DNA of 62,092 bases, filler included, from Sphacelaria rigidula (taxonomy: Eukaryota): assembly GCA_964200075.2 (NCBI GenBank). It is 11 parts of 11 records of this genome, joined end to end, with 100 filler letters (N's around TTAATTAATTAA, not from the genome) between each part and the next. Parts side by side here need not be neighbours in the genome. Positions count along the whole stretch, not along the records: positions 1 to 5,555 come from CAXNAA020026372.1; positions 5,656 to 11,209 come from CAXNAA020026373.1; positions 11,310 to 16,863 come from CAXNAA020026374.1; 8 more parts are not named here. One strand, given 5' to 3'. Of the stretch, positions 1 through 12,300 are shown piece by piece. Made by a program: the position numbers and the translations under genes. Position 1 is the stretch's first letter. Each line of letters starts with the position of its first letter. The notes beneath the pieces were generated by a model, which was given only the letters and a program-made list of their open reading frames with translations, did no database searches and had not been told where the DNA came from.

Positions 1-2692
1 GTCTAGAATCGTTAGGAGCCCCTGAACCAGACAAAATTTCGCGAAAAAAGTGCACCCCTACCGTAGCATTGCTCATAGGTTGTTTCTATCGGCAGGAATG
101 GATGATTACAGGTGACCAACGAGACGTGCTGTTCAGTTATGTACAGGCTAACCTCCCCACGTTCGGACGGTATGAAACTTACGCCGTACTGTCGGTTGCC
201 GTCTCTTTTAACTACTCGATACTTGCAGGCTTTAAAACAAGAAACACGGCATCCTGATGTTGGTTTTGATATTCCGGCCATTGGTTAACCACTCACATCG
301 GTGGAAGGTCGAACAGCGGGAAGCGACCAGAGTATAGCCGGGTGTTTGGGAGAGCGTTCCTGGAAAACTGGTGCCACGGAGTGACACTGGAGGGTTACAC
401 ATGGTTATGAGTACTCTAGGTCTTCCGGGACGACAAATGAGTCTATTTTGGTGTAGAACTCGACTGCACTACAGGTTCGACATGGTTCTAGTATGACATT
501 TGATTGCTATAATCCTGGCCTCGTGCGACCCAATTGTTGGGCTCTGCTCTATCCAAGACACGATGCGGGCACAAAACACCAATAAGCAGCGAGGAGGTTG
601 AAGGAAACGCGACTGGGGCAGCAATGTATGCCTTCATCGAACTGCGCACCCCGACCAGCCGCCGGTGACAGCATCGTCCGGGCGACTGTCTATGTCATCA
701 TTGCTTGCTCGTAAACGTGGCTGGAGACGACGACAGTAGGACGGTACAGCACGTTACCGCGCGGTACCGTACATTCATGTCATGCTGTCAGCACAGATTC
801 AACTGGCAACCATTGCGCCGGCAGGCTTGCTGTTGGTCCACGGCTGCTGTTGATGATACAAGTCTTGTATGATCTCACAAGCCCTGAGATTTTGCGTCCA
901 CGTGGTACATTCATCTGGGATATCAATTTCTATCCGGCATGTCCAACTGGGATATGGACGGGCGTTCAACTGGGGTAGGGATGTCCAACAGGGATATGTA
1001 TGTTCGTCTAAAAATGTCCATCTGGGCTGTACATTTGGAATTCCGTCTTGGAGAATCCGCCCGCGATATCGGTACTCCAGATGGATGTCCGTGCCTCAGA
1101 TAAATATGCCAGATAGATCGATACCCCGGATGAATATCCCAGATAGCTATCCACCTGGGACGTCATGGTCGTCCATCTACGGTATCCACATCAAAGATGA
1201 AAGTCGCACGATAAGCCGTGCCCTCGGCACAATACCCCCAAGATGTTACGCTGCTGCCCTGACATCGTGGTGATCGTGATGAGAGCCACTTTCGCATTTT
1301 GGTCACGGGTCCGCGCATAGAGCATAGGCAGAGATGAACGACGACACGTTTTTGTATGGGTGCGTGGTTAAGTTCAATTGCATGCGCCATTTTCAGCATC
1401 GGCCTGCCACAAGCCGCTCACGTTGGTCGTTCGTGAGCCCCAGGCTCTAAATATCAGCAGGCACTGTACCATACACATATCGCTGGCTGATGGTTGTCGA
1501 TGTTGGCATATCGCCGAATATTATATTGTGCGCGCTATTGTAGACTAACAGCGTGATGTCACTTGCGTCTGCCGGATGTCAACTGGCGATTCGGCATGTT
1601 AACTTCTACCAGTAGGATAACTTCAATAACGTCCACAACTGTATACATACATCGCAAAGACGCAGATCTGAACAAAGGTCAGCATCAACAGTCACGTGCG
1701 AGGCTTTTACTGTACTCAGCACATCGAATAGGTAGGCTATGCTTGTAAAATACCTGGAATCCGCGTTTCATTACACTCAGACGGTAAGTAACTGAATGGT
1801 AATGCTCCAATGTCTTGGACATCCAATAAAATTAGTAGACGTTTTTCAGACAGCGGATCCCGTACCATATACCACGCGCAACCTGGGTCGGAGGACATAC
1901 TTGTAAGTTCACAATAGAAATTCCGACTCAAGATATGTCGGTATCTAGCTTCACAATATCAAACAAAGTGTATCGTTCTAATAATAATTTCATTTGTTGT
2001 TCTAACGGGCTTGGGTACATCTGCGCTTTATGGCACACCCCCCGCACGGCACAGACCTCCCACTCGGTTGACGTAACTTGAAGAACTAGCGTTGATATCG
2101 TCGTTCGGTCCACAAGTGCTAGCCCATGATTCACCGAAAAGCAGCGACTCTCATACCACTATATTGTTTAGCAGTTGAAGACAGACAATGTACTATACAG
2201 TATCAGAACTCCTCATCGGCGTGTTGCATCCACACCCATCGATATGGGGACATAAGTTTCACGATCACGAGCGCTACTTTTATTGTTCGTGGAAGACGAC
2301 ATTGACGCCGAATGATGCATCATATCATTGCTTGCACGGTTCACATGGTCCGTTGAGTATCAAAACTATTAGTTGCAGGTCTTGAATAATTTGTTGCGGT
2401 TCTATTCTCGCAGTCCCATTTCACTACCCCAGCAGTCAGTCTCGGTATCGGAGGACACACCAATCAAACGGAACGGCCTTCGCGCAACCTACGATGCAGT
2501 AGAGATGGACCGGAAAACATGGTCCCCTCACGGCCGTGCTGTAGGTGTTGTCACAAGTCTCACCAACGGCGATGCTATATCCTACCCCCAGTCTCAAAAC
2601 TCATCATCTTAGTGGAACCGACCGGAACTTGTACAAAATGCCCGAGTGGAGACACGTTGAATGTTTCATGGTCGGGGTGGAGATCTGTTCAC

Positions 2693-3034
2693 CTTGGGTG
2701 CGTTTGCCGCGCTCGCGCGCCGGGCGAACATATACTCCAGCGCTACCGTTGGCTTTGGAACACCGTCATTGTTGGGGTTGAGGTACGCGTTAAGCAGTGA
2801 GGTCTTCCCGGCTCCTGGCATGCCCACGCAGAGCGCGTACGATTCAACCGCCTGCACTGGTGAAACAACACTTGTATCGGATTCTTGGTTGGGTGTTGCA
2901 TCGACGTCGACACCGTCGAGATCGTCCTCTGCATTCTTCTCATCTTCCTTCTGGTTCACTTTGCTGTCTGTTTTGTTGACAAATCCTGTCGGTGGGAATA
3001 ACAGTTGTGTCAGTTGGCTCCATACGTCTTGCAT
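2693..3034 (-). CDS. DYNC2LI1: First coding exon of cytoplasmic dynein-2 light intermediate chain (retrograde IFT dynein LIC)
   Basis: ATG at 3034 opens 114 codons, MQDVWSQL...ALCVGMPGAGKTSLLNAYLNPNNDGVPKPTVALEYMFARRASAANAPK, ending at a GT donor (AAG|GTGAAC). The P-loop plus PKPTxALEYxF/YxRR motif is characteristic of D2LIC. Later exons were not identified in the contig. Confidence 0.85.
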
Positions 3035-4376
3035 CGGTGCGGTGATATTTCGCACAATTAGTCCTTCAATTTTGAGCTTCTCGTGATGAGCCCAAGTTGG
3101 GCGTGCTCCGGTTGTCCTGTGTGGGCGCGATTTTATTCGAGAGGATCTTATCGAGATCCACGCCCGGTTCTGTGAGCTGGAGGTGTCAGTAGCACAGCCC
3201 TTCAAAATAACATGAACGCGTGCATACAATGCAGAATGACGTATACTCCACCGTAAAATGCAAAAACCTCAGATCTTACAGTCCAGTGGAAGCAGACCCA
3301 GCAAACGTAAACTTTTTGGCAAAGCTCGGGCAAAGATATGCAAAAGATCGCGTGCTGGACTATGACTACAAGATCAACACCAAAGTATTGCATTTTGCGT
3401 TCCACATACGGGCAACAATGTGATATATTGTCCTCAGCTTTGTAAGTCTGGGCAAAGTTGCATGAATTTTGCGATACATTCCCCCCGTTGCCTATCTTGG
3501 GGGTGTGGGGTGTGTGACGAGAGCATCGACATGTGCTGCAGGAGTCTACGGATGAGACCAACGGGTCTTAACTCTGCTCAAGTCAATGTAGTAAGGAGAA
3601 ACGATACAAATCATCGCTCAACATCACACAGCATACCCACCGCGCGCTCAGGCACCGGCATCGCGGAGCTTGCTGGTGTCGGTCGTGAAGAGAAAAGATA
3701 TCTTACGTGACATTGATATCGTCGTGAGCTGTTTGTCATTGTTTCAATAGCGCGGTGAAAGGTGCAAACCCACTCTGGAACTGGCGGTGTGCGCGTCACG
3801 AGATTTTAGGAGGTGCATCACCGTTGCTATAGAGTGCTGCGGGTCGTTTCAAGAGCAGACAAGAGCGGGTTTGCTGCGCATTAGCGGTGTAGGGCGGCAG
3901 CACCGAGGTCAGTAATCCTTCTGGGATCAAATATATATCCTAGATAACTCGGCACTCCTCCGGTCAGATTGTCTCTTTGGTGATATCCCAAACGCCCTCT
4001 GTTGGTGTGGTCATACCATATCTACAATTAACTGTTCCGATTTGGCTTACAAAAAACGCGCCCGGCCGCCCGCATTTTCTCCCGGTTCTACTCCTACAGT
4101 ACTGTTTTGTAGAAACCAACGAACGCGTGGAGATTGTCAATTTTTCCAGAAAAAAGTCCCGCAAGCTTACCGAGACCTCGCTGAGGGCGCAAAGGTGTAT
4201 GTCCTTCAGAAAGCGGTAGCCGTATCTATCCGGAGGTGGAAGCAAACATACGCGGTTGAAGGAGCGTACCCGTGAGTCGTGTTCTGCTGGTGTGTTTCTG
4301 ACAGGAGCTTACTCACGGTAATACCAGTTCAGCACGGCAAGTGCTTTTTTTGCAGCGGTCGCCAAGGAAGGACAAG

Positions 4377-4655
4377 ATGCCAACAGCAAGTGGCGAGGCA
4401 GACATGGCACCAGCGATGGGGCGCGACCCTGCTCATGGTCACGCAGGCGGGGGGCAGTCGAATACAAAGGCAAAGCTCAATGATATCTTGGAGAGTTTCC
4501 ATGCCTTCGATTCGGATATGAAGATTGGAACGCGGCACCGCAGGGAAAAGGACGAGCACAGGATTTCGCAGCTTACCACGGAGCTCACTCGCTTGGAAAA
4601 GACATTGAATCAGGAGATTAAACGCCGCGTTGAGATGAACAAGAGTGTCCAAACG
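4377..4655 (+). CDS. First coding exon of SF-assemblin/beta-giardin family striated-fibre protein
   Basis: 93 codons, ...TKAKLNDILESFHAFDSDMKIGTRHRREKDEHRISQLTTELTRLEKTLNQEIKRRVEMNKSVQT, with donor ACG|GTGAGT and an upstream acceptor tttttttgcag ending at 4355. The coiled coil with LxxEIKRRxE is typical of SF-assemblin. Confidence 0.85.
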
Positions 4656-4718
4656 GTGAGTAATATAGACCGAAGTACGTAGTAATCATGTAGCTATCGA
4701 CGGGTTGACTAATGGATA

Positions 4719-5490
4719 CGAGCTGGGCCAGCCTAGAAGCGAATTTGTAGTTTACAGGCTCATGCATCAGCCAATATTTAGAGTTGGACCCTAAAGTTTG
4801 GTATGGACAATGAATAGAGCATAATAAAAAAAAATACCTCTGCACACAAAGCTTTTTTTTCAATGACTTACGGGCATTTCACACCCTAAAAAGGAGCTAG
4901 GCGGATTTTGACACCTTGGAATGATTTACTCTACTCGTTGAAGCGATTCCAGGACATCTTCCCGTTCTCCGGTGACCGCAGTTTTCATTTTGATCAAACA
5001 AGACTTTTGTCCGAGAATGGTCAAGTTCAGAGAAAAGTGGCAATATTTTCTTTAAGTTTGACTGTTTTCGACCAATCTTGAACAAAAGTTCTTGTTTGAC
5101 CAAAATAAAAACTGCGGCCACCGGAGAACTGGGATATGTCCTGTAACTGTCTCAACGAGTAGAGCAAGTCATTCCCAGGTGTCAAACTCCGTCTAGCTCT
5201 CTTTCAGGGCGTAACACGACGTAAAAGCTCCAAAAAGGCGAATTCCCAGATTTTTATTCTTGTATGTTATAAGCAGCGGGCTTAGGGTGTTTTAGTATAG
5301 TGACGGCCATTTTTTGACGAGAACGCTCCAACCTCTCCCCCCCCCCAAAAAAAAAAATGAAGGCCCATTTTTTGTTCAGCATACCTCTGTGGTTCTTCAT
5401 GCTAATTTTTAAATCACAATTCTAAAAGCTGAGCTAAATATTTGAGATGAGGCCTGGGAGCAGAGTTCATTCTCCTCAAAACTCCCCTGA
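4719..5490 (+). mobile_element. Partial Tc1/mariner-type MITE (family A) in the SF-assemblin intron
   Basis: Begins TA|CGAGCTGGGCCAGCCTAGAA. Segments 4719-4825 and 5350-5490 match the complete copy at 35951-37076. Confidence 0.75.
4868..5225. repeat. Long palindromic (foldback) segment related to the MITE at 45500-45969
   Basis: Inverted arms of about 150 bp (gagctaggcggattttgacacc...ggtgtcaaactccgtctagctc). The core accttggaatgatttactctactcgttga resembles 45601-45630. Confidence 0.75.
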
Positions 5491-7477
5491 ATTATTATGA
5501 TTGTTATTATATCCGTCACATTAGCTCGATCTCTCGAACCCGTGGTCACAGAGTGNNNNNNNNNNNNNNNNNNNNNNNNNNNNNNNNNNNNNNNNNNNNT
5601 TAATTAATTAANNNNNNNNNNNNNNNNNNNNNNNNNNNNNNNNNNNNNNNNNNNNAACCACCACATGCCCAATTTTCCAGCCCTATCGTCGGCACAAGAA
5701 CCGAACAGGCGGTTTGTTGTACATTCCCCCCCCCCCCCCGAAACCAGATGCAGCTTGACTAGCCGTATCTTGACTGATATTTTCGTGTCATTTCTGTGAC
5801 GCTCACCAATGTGCTATGAGGCAAAACAACTGAGCTGCTACTTTGGGCGCAGCACCGCGTTGAAGCGCAGGATTGAACCATCAACGGACGAACCTGTTGC
5901 GACTACACGGCCATCTAAGCATCACTCACGTATGTCACGATACTTGTCCGGTGGTTGTGGTTCTGTGTGGTCAATAGAGCCATGTGTTCTCAGCATGTGT
6001 GACATACCGCACGTCCTTCCCCTTGGTTGTGTGAAGCTTGCCAAGAACAGAACGACATATGCGTCATACCAATATTTGCATCACACTCAGCTGGCCGCTG
6101 TTGCGCTACCTGAAATCTAACCACGTCATCTCACACTAGACGTGTTTGTTCAGCGCTCGACGGCGTGGACCACGAATGGAACAGCAAGTAGTCCATGTGT
6201 TGCGAGAGCGCTCTTGCTCGAGGCACAATCGTATCTTGCGTCAGGCAAAGCTTGTGGTGGCCTCGGCAGAGTGAAGGATGATCGAAAAATTGAAGGCACC
6301 ACCCCTTTCCAGAGTGTGCATTGGCTGTTCATAGCAAAAACGGCCCGTAGCTCACAGCTTACAGTATGCCAGCCTCCATGTGAGCCACGCCAGCAGCAGC
6401 TATAAGCCACTGCCAGAGGCATCTTGTTCCACAACGTATGCGAAGAAAGTTTTCATGGTCGTGGGTTTCATACTACATTGCCCCACCTGTTCTATATAAC
6501 ATGGCCCTAATTAACAGTAATCTATACTACTGTCCTTGCAGCAAGATGTACACAATACTTAAGATAATACCCCTGACACGCGATTGGATCTTGGCTTAAC
6601 CGCCATTGCTCACGCGTGAGTACAAGACAAGGGGCTAGCGGTGACGGGAACATCACCCTGCTCTTTGACGACGAATTCCGTAGCGCCCAGAGCCACGTGC
6701 TCCCCAAAAAGAGAGGCAGAAAAGAATACATATTTACACTAATTAGCGCGACAGACAAGACAAAAATACTTAAATTGAGACGCCGCAAGCCAAGCCACAT
6801 ATTTCTTGGGGACTGTACAACTAACCGCCTGTCGTTATTGTGCCCACGGAAGAGATTTATCTCAGGGTACGTACCATCTGAGCACACCCGGGGCGTTCTC
6901 GGTAAACAAGGGTCGTCGTATATACACGGTGTTCTGGGTGACTACGGTGAACATATCGACCATCACTTAGTAGGCCAGCGCCGTGCGCCGGGAATTCTTG
7001 ACACTTAAAAAAACGCAGCGCAAACAGCCGTACTCGACGTGGAGTTGAATACCCGAGAGTGGTCAAAATTGGGTATATTTCGGACAAAAGTGGTGGCCAA
7101 AATGAACGGAATAGGGGACAAGGTGAAAGTAGTGGGATTTCGCTGGAGGTTATACCCTCCTGGTCGCCGGACAAAATGGGGATAACCTGTGAGGCCCTTG
7201 CGCTATGCGGTGCTGTTCGGCCCTAAATCGCCCGCAAGATCTCGCGAAAGTTGCTGTACACGGTCTGCATGAGTTGTGGGTGTGCTACGTTCGCCTGGGG
7301 AAATAGTTTTGAGTGGTCTAGGCCCAGCACCGCCAGCTCCCGTGGTCGCGTTGCATATTTACCTCTCGTGTCTAAACCTTTGGTTGGCATATCTACTTTT
7401 GTCCATTATCCATATTAAAATATGGGTTATCCCCATGACTTTCGGTGAACTTTAGTCATATACAAGATTCAGCACTT

Positions 7478-8755
7478 GCCGGTCGCCCCGGCGGCTCAGT
7501 TGGTATCCTCGAATCCCTCTGACGGTTGGGACGTGGGTTCAAATCTTGGGGCAGTCACACAATCTGCGATTTGTTTTCACACAATAGAGAGTTTCGCAAA
7601 GCGCATTTATGTCATTTCAGAGTGCAAATATCTCAGGATCAAAGTGCAAAAAAAAAAACTCATCGAAAGAATGTGAAGGGGATACCACATTTGACGGAGC
7701 GGGAAATAAGGTTTCGCTACACTCTGATTGCAATGTGATGGAGAGATACAGAGAATAAACCACCGTTCCTGGATGCAGACCGGCGGGTACTAGAAATTGT
7801 ATCTTCCCATCACATTACAATCAGAGTGTAGCGAAAACTTATTCCCCGCTCCGTAAAATGTGTTATCCCCTTCACTTTCTTTCGATGAGTCTTTAGTTTT
7901 TTTGCACTCTGATCCTGAGATATTTGCACTCTGAAATGACAAAAATGCGCTTTGCGAAACTCTCTATTGTGTGAAATTGTATATCTTTGGCGAATATTTC
8001 AGCGGCATATGGATCAACAACGGCCCAGCTGTTGGGTTGATACTTGCGTCGTTGGTCGTTGTCGTATCGGGTGACGTGAATATATTGGTAGATATGTACG
8101 TAAGCTCGTTGAAGTTGGGCCTAGATGATTTGAGTTGAGTCAGTGGATTTGAGTTATGACCCCGGTGAAGTTCTGTTTTGGGATTGGGCATGATGGGTTC
8201 CCCGCAAGGGAGCCCCATGTTCGCACTCTCTCACCGCCCCAAGGCCTCAACAGTAGTAAGGGACTAATCAACACTTCGGCAGCGTCTGAAAGGCTTGAAC
8301 TATCCCCTTTCTGCGGAGATTGAGCCTCAGGATCTAGGAGACTATACGTGAGTCTTCCCTGGGTGTACGATACAACTTTTGTTTTCCTCACATTCTCTAA
8401 CTGTATCTATCTGTTTGATAGCTCCGCCAGCTGAGCATACATCCAACTGTAGCAAGCATTCAATCGAAAGGTCATTGATCCTTTGGATATCCGTCATCAC
8501 CACCCTGCGCCAAGCAGCTAAGGTGACAATCCTTCTTATCATTTGACATGACCCTGAGATATTTGCAATCTGAAATGACAAGAAGCGTTTTCCGAAACTC
8601 TCTAATGCCCAACAGTCGAGAGCGACTACGTCGTGGGTACACAAATTACGACTTCACAGTCGACGAAGGAAAAGAACTGCTGATCTCCTCTCGCGATAAA
8701 AAAAATAAGGCAAGCACCGCAGAAGGAAGGTGGGGTATTGAAACAAAATAGGATA
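7478..8755 (+). mobile_element. tRNA-derived SINE copy split by a ~1-kb insertion (head 7478-7584, tail 8605-8755)
   Basis: The head has A box CGGCTCAGTTGG and B box GGTTCAAATC. Head and tail are colinear with the intact copy at 14701-14945. Confidence 0.75.
7575..7976. mobile_element. Foldback/MITE hairpin with ~170-bp arms; an additional right arm lies at 8552-8604
   Basis: tagagagtttcgcaaagcgcatt... at 7585 is the reverse complement of ...aatgcgctttgcgaaactctcta ending at 7966. A similar terminus ends at 8604. Confidence 0.8.
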
Positions 8756-9499
8756 GAAACAACTCCTAAGTTGGTCTTCCTCCTGTGTGACCCCGGCTGA
8801 TGCGCCCACGTATACCAGAAGGTGTAGACTGGCGTCTAGAATAGATGGGATGGCAGCACACAACAGCAACACACACCGTTGGTTATCCTCGTTGAGAGCA
8901 GAACCCAACCTGGCGTTCTTCTTCGGGCTGCGCAATCCCCCGAAACGGCCGAGCTTTGTCATATCGAGCACAACATTTGATCCGACCCGCCGGGAGCAAC
9001 GTTGAGGATAGAAATGTTACGCACGGTCACAAGTGCGCAGCAGCTACGATTCAATTACTTACGTGTAACGTTAACTGAAGACATGGCGACCATATATGAA
9101 CGAACCAATACGGAGAGCATGAAATTACCCCCAACATGACAGGAGCAACTCCACGCATCCCGAAAAGCAACGAAGACGGATGTCCGCACGAACGAACTAT
9201 GGATGGTCGAACAATACAAATGACTTTCCCCCTCTCAACGGCCAGCAAGTCAGTTCTCGCCTATTCGCGACGATGTCCGAAAGATGCGTATCGCGCAAGA
9301 ATTTCTACGCGTGAACGGCTCCGTTTCTTAACCCACTCATACACCAATGCCCAAACACCTAACCAATGCGCCCGTTCATTTGCGATATTTGGACTCCCGC
9401 TGTAGAACCAACCACAACCTTGAAGAAGAAAATGATAGGGGCGCTTAAAAACGTTAAACATAAACTACAAATGAACCTCGTGAAGCCTTAGGTCGAGCT

Positions 9500-10700
9500 T
9501 GACAACAGAGTACTGAAGAACTATCCGCAACACTCACCGTCACCATTGTGTACGGGTAGGGGACTGTCATCCGATAATCGGAGCATTTTGAGTAACAACT
9601 GGTGCCTCACGCTTTTTCCATCCACACAGACGCCAAAACGTCTGAGCTCTGGGTCCGCTGTAACACTCCTTCTTTCATCGCGATCCAGTTAACAGCTTAC
9701 CTCCCCCCCCCCCCCCCCAACTCCCCCCCACCATGATCCCTCCCATACCCCCCGGCCCGGCCGCNNNNNNNNNNGGTTAATGCTCAACCCCCTAAACCAA
9801 CCAACAAATAAGGGCCCCCCCCCCCCCCCTCCCCTCCCCGACAGTGCAAGGTGGCCAGTGACCGAGTATTTATACTACCACAGGCAAGCTGACGTACAAA
9901 GTGTCATGCCTCCCACTGGGATGTGTAAAGGGGGATGGCTACACGCATGACGACTCACGAAATACATCCGCACACCACTGCAACGCATTAGCACAATCAG
10001 TTCACATGTGCTGAACAAATATCACACATCTTAATTATGAGTCTACCACCCGAACACATGCATACGGAGCACCCCGAATAAAAGCGAAGTTACGGCGACA
10101 TCTCACCCTACATACGAATCCGGTTCAAATTCAAACGCTACGCGTTGACATAAGATATCACAGAACGATGTCATTTTACATCCTGCTGGAGTTACAACTT
10201 GCTCGTTCTGAAAGAGAGATGGGGAGGGGGGGGGGGGCACGCAGTTATCTGGTCGACTGATCGGATTTCCTGAGGTTCTTATTTGGCCAATCGGAGAACT
10301 GCGCAGCACTTTGCCCTTCTGTCTGCTGATGGCCTTGACACCCAGCCCTGCAGAACTTACCCCTCCCCTGCCTCGCTACTACGCGTACATGATGTACTCT
10401 CAGATGTACGTACGTGAAGAAATTGGCCCATCCGAGGGTTGTTGCACGCACTGGCGCTACGCTGGAAAACATCCATACACAAAACAGGGCTTACTTTTCT
10501 TGCACAGACTTATGCGCCGTGCGCTACTACAGCATGCAAATACCAAGAATTCCTGACGTACGAACCGAGGCATTTCTACCGTACACACATGCCACGCCAG
10601 GAACAGGCACCTCACACAACGTACAAGGGAACCCTTGCTGTAGCGTCGAGGGCACAGTCTTACGTGAGATGCCCTATGGTATGATAACATCGCGGATCAA
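9500..10700 (-). pseudogene. Probable decayed KDZ (Kyakuja-Dileera-Zisupton) transposase remnant
   Basis: Minus-strand peptide fragments in KDZ order, broken by stops and frameshifts: FACC..CFVYGCF, *DVA, VAIPL..HDTL/QLACGSINTRSLATL, GDGECCG*FFSTL. These resemble DGxF, YDVAC, HxxxCQL and DGExCERxFS. Confidence 0.4.
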
Positions 10701-10964
10701 CGTCCGCTACTCGCGATTTTTGCCAGGGGGGGCGTATGGAGCCATGCCGTACAAGGCGCCTCGTATTGCCGCTACCGCACAAGGCAGATGCAGGGCAGGT
10801 GCTGTCTCACGAATGAAACCGTCCTCTTGCGGATCCCGCCATTCACTTAGGTCGGTGCGAGGTACGCTCTTTTCATCACGCCAAATCAGATACTCCACCT
10901 CCCTCACGAAAACAAACATGTTTGGGTGCTCACAACTCACATGCCAGAAACAGGTACGAGTACC

Positions 10965-11123
10965 CTACTCTCGATTCATTTTTAATTCATCCGGGTACAG
11001 CCTCTCGCGTAGGTTGGCCATCGTGGTCCAACTCTCGGGTAACGGTACGCCCAGTAGACCCTCGAGCTCGGTGTTGTATGGGGCGTAGAAGGCATGCATT
11101 TGCTGTAGGAGTGAGGGGGAAAC
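10965..11123 (-). CDS. Terminal exon of a sulfotransferase (heparan-sulfate ST-like C-terminus)
   Basis: Acceptor ttgtatttgttttacag| followed by VSPSLLQQMHAFYAPYNTELEGLLGVPLPESWTTMANLRERLYPDELKMNRE*. FYxPYNxxLxxLLG..W is the typical C-terminal motif of this family. Not present in the supplied ORF track. Confidence 0.75.
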   Translation of the reverse strand, partial: VSPSLLQQMHAFYAPYNTELEGLLGVPLPESWTTMANLRERLYPDELKMNRE

Positions 11124-12039
11124 CTGTAAAACAAATACAAGAACGCGAATACCAAGGTTATCGTATTACTTTGTACTGATGCCGCGATTCCCCCCCCCCC
11201 CCCCCCCCCNNNNNNNNNNNNNNNNNNNNNNNNNNNNNNNNNNNNNNNNNNNNTTAATTAATTAANNNNNNNNNNNNNNNNNNNNNNNNNNNNNNNNNNN
11301 NNNNNNNNNGTTTTCGCGTTTCTGGCCATATTTCGTACCTTTCTTGGGCAAAAAACGAGAAGCTATACCTTTTCTAGGCCATTGCTCTATTATGTCTTAA
11401 CTATATTAATCTTAATCTTGTTCTTGTTGCCGTTGCTGCGGTTGGTGTTGTTGTTGTTAATACTATGTACCAACAACCCATACTGTTGTCAACTCTGCAT
11501 GACGAAATTTTGCATACTGTCTACGCGTGGTGGGTGCTTGCATTCACACACACACACATATGTATTGGCTCTAAAGTTTAGACTATAGGCATACAACCTT
11601 CGTGTTTGCCTAAACAATTTAGTATTTGCTGCAATCACGTGGACGTGCAAAGACACGCCAGCATCATTGAATACATCAAAGCTTAGCCCTTTGGGAAGGA
11701 AACCTTCGACGATTTTGTCCTCTTCGTGAATCAACATGATTTTGACTTGAAAATGACTGAAAATGGTGCCAACTCACAGGAACAAAAATCGTCACTGGGT
11801 TCCAAAAAAGCTAATATCATCGAACATTTATTTGAGATTGTGAGTATGGGCAAAGTCTCCCCGGACACGAATTGAGAAGATCTTACCACAGATGAAGGAC
11901 AAAATGTTCGTAGAGTAGAGGCAACCCCACAGTGCAGTTTGTGTAGGATCGGCCCTCACACACACACACGACATACAACTTACAAAGAAGCCAGAGACTT
12001 GATGAATGTATTTTGTATGTATATCTGTATCACAGGGTA

Positions 12040-12300
12040 TTCGCCAGGTGGAGAGTCTCGCGTTTGATTGAGAATGGGAATTCAAAGAATTGTAAATCTT
12101 AATACATCCACTAATTGGCGCTTCTTGGGGAATACTTTGACGAGCTAGGCCGCAGGAGCGGCTCGAATGAAAGTTCATGCCCTTGGGATGAGTTATCCAG
12201 TATATGTATCGTTTTTGCATTAGGCTTGTCAATCAGCAGCAATATGAAATTCCAGACGCCAAGGAATGGTGGATTAATACTGCCTGAAACGGTCTCGATT
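12040..12300 (-). pseudogene. Possible decayed Ulp1/C48 protease-like coding fragment (transposon-borne)
   Basis: INPPFLGVWNFILLLIDKPNAKTIHILD followed by a frameshifted SQSNAR loosely resembles HWxLLxID...I..LDS...QxNxxDC. The catalytic residues are not intact. Confidence 0.2.

Noticed and set aside
3823..3836. X-box-like half site GTTGCTATAG between the two flagellar genes
   Set aside because: Only a half match, and RFX factors are not known from stramenopiles.
5600..5611. Recurrent TTAATTAATTAA palindrome with exact 5.65-kb periodicity
   Set aside because: It is an artificial linker embedded in Ns.
5800..7000. Decayed minus-strand coding-like sequence
   Set aside because: No motif could be assigned to a family with confidence.
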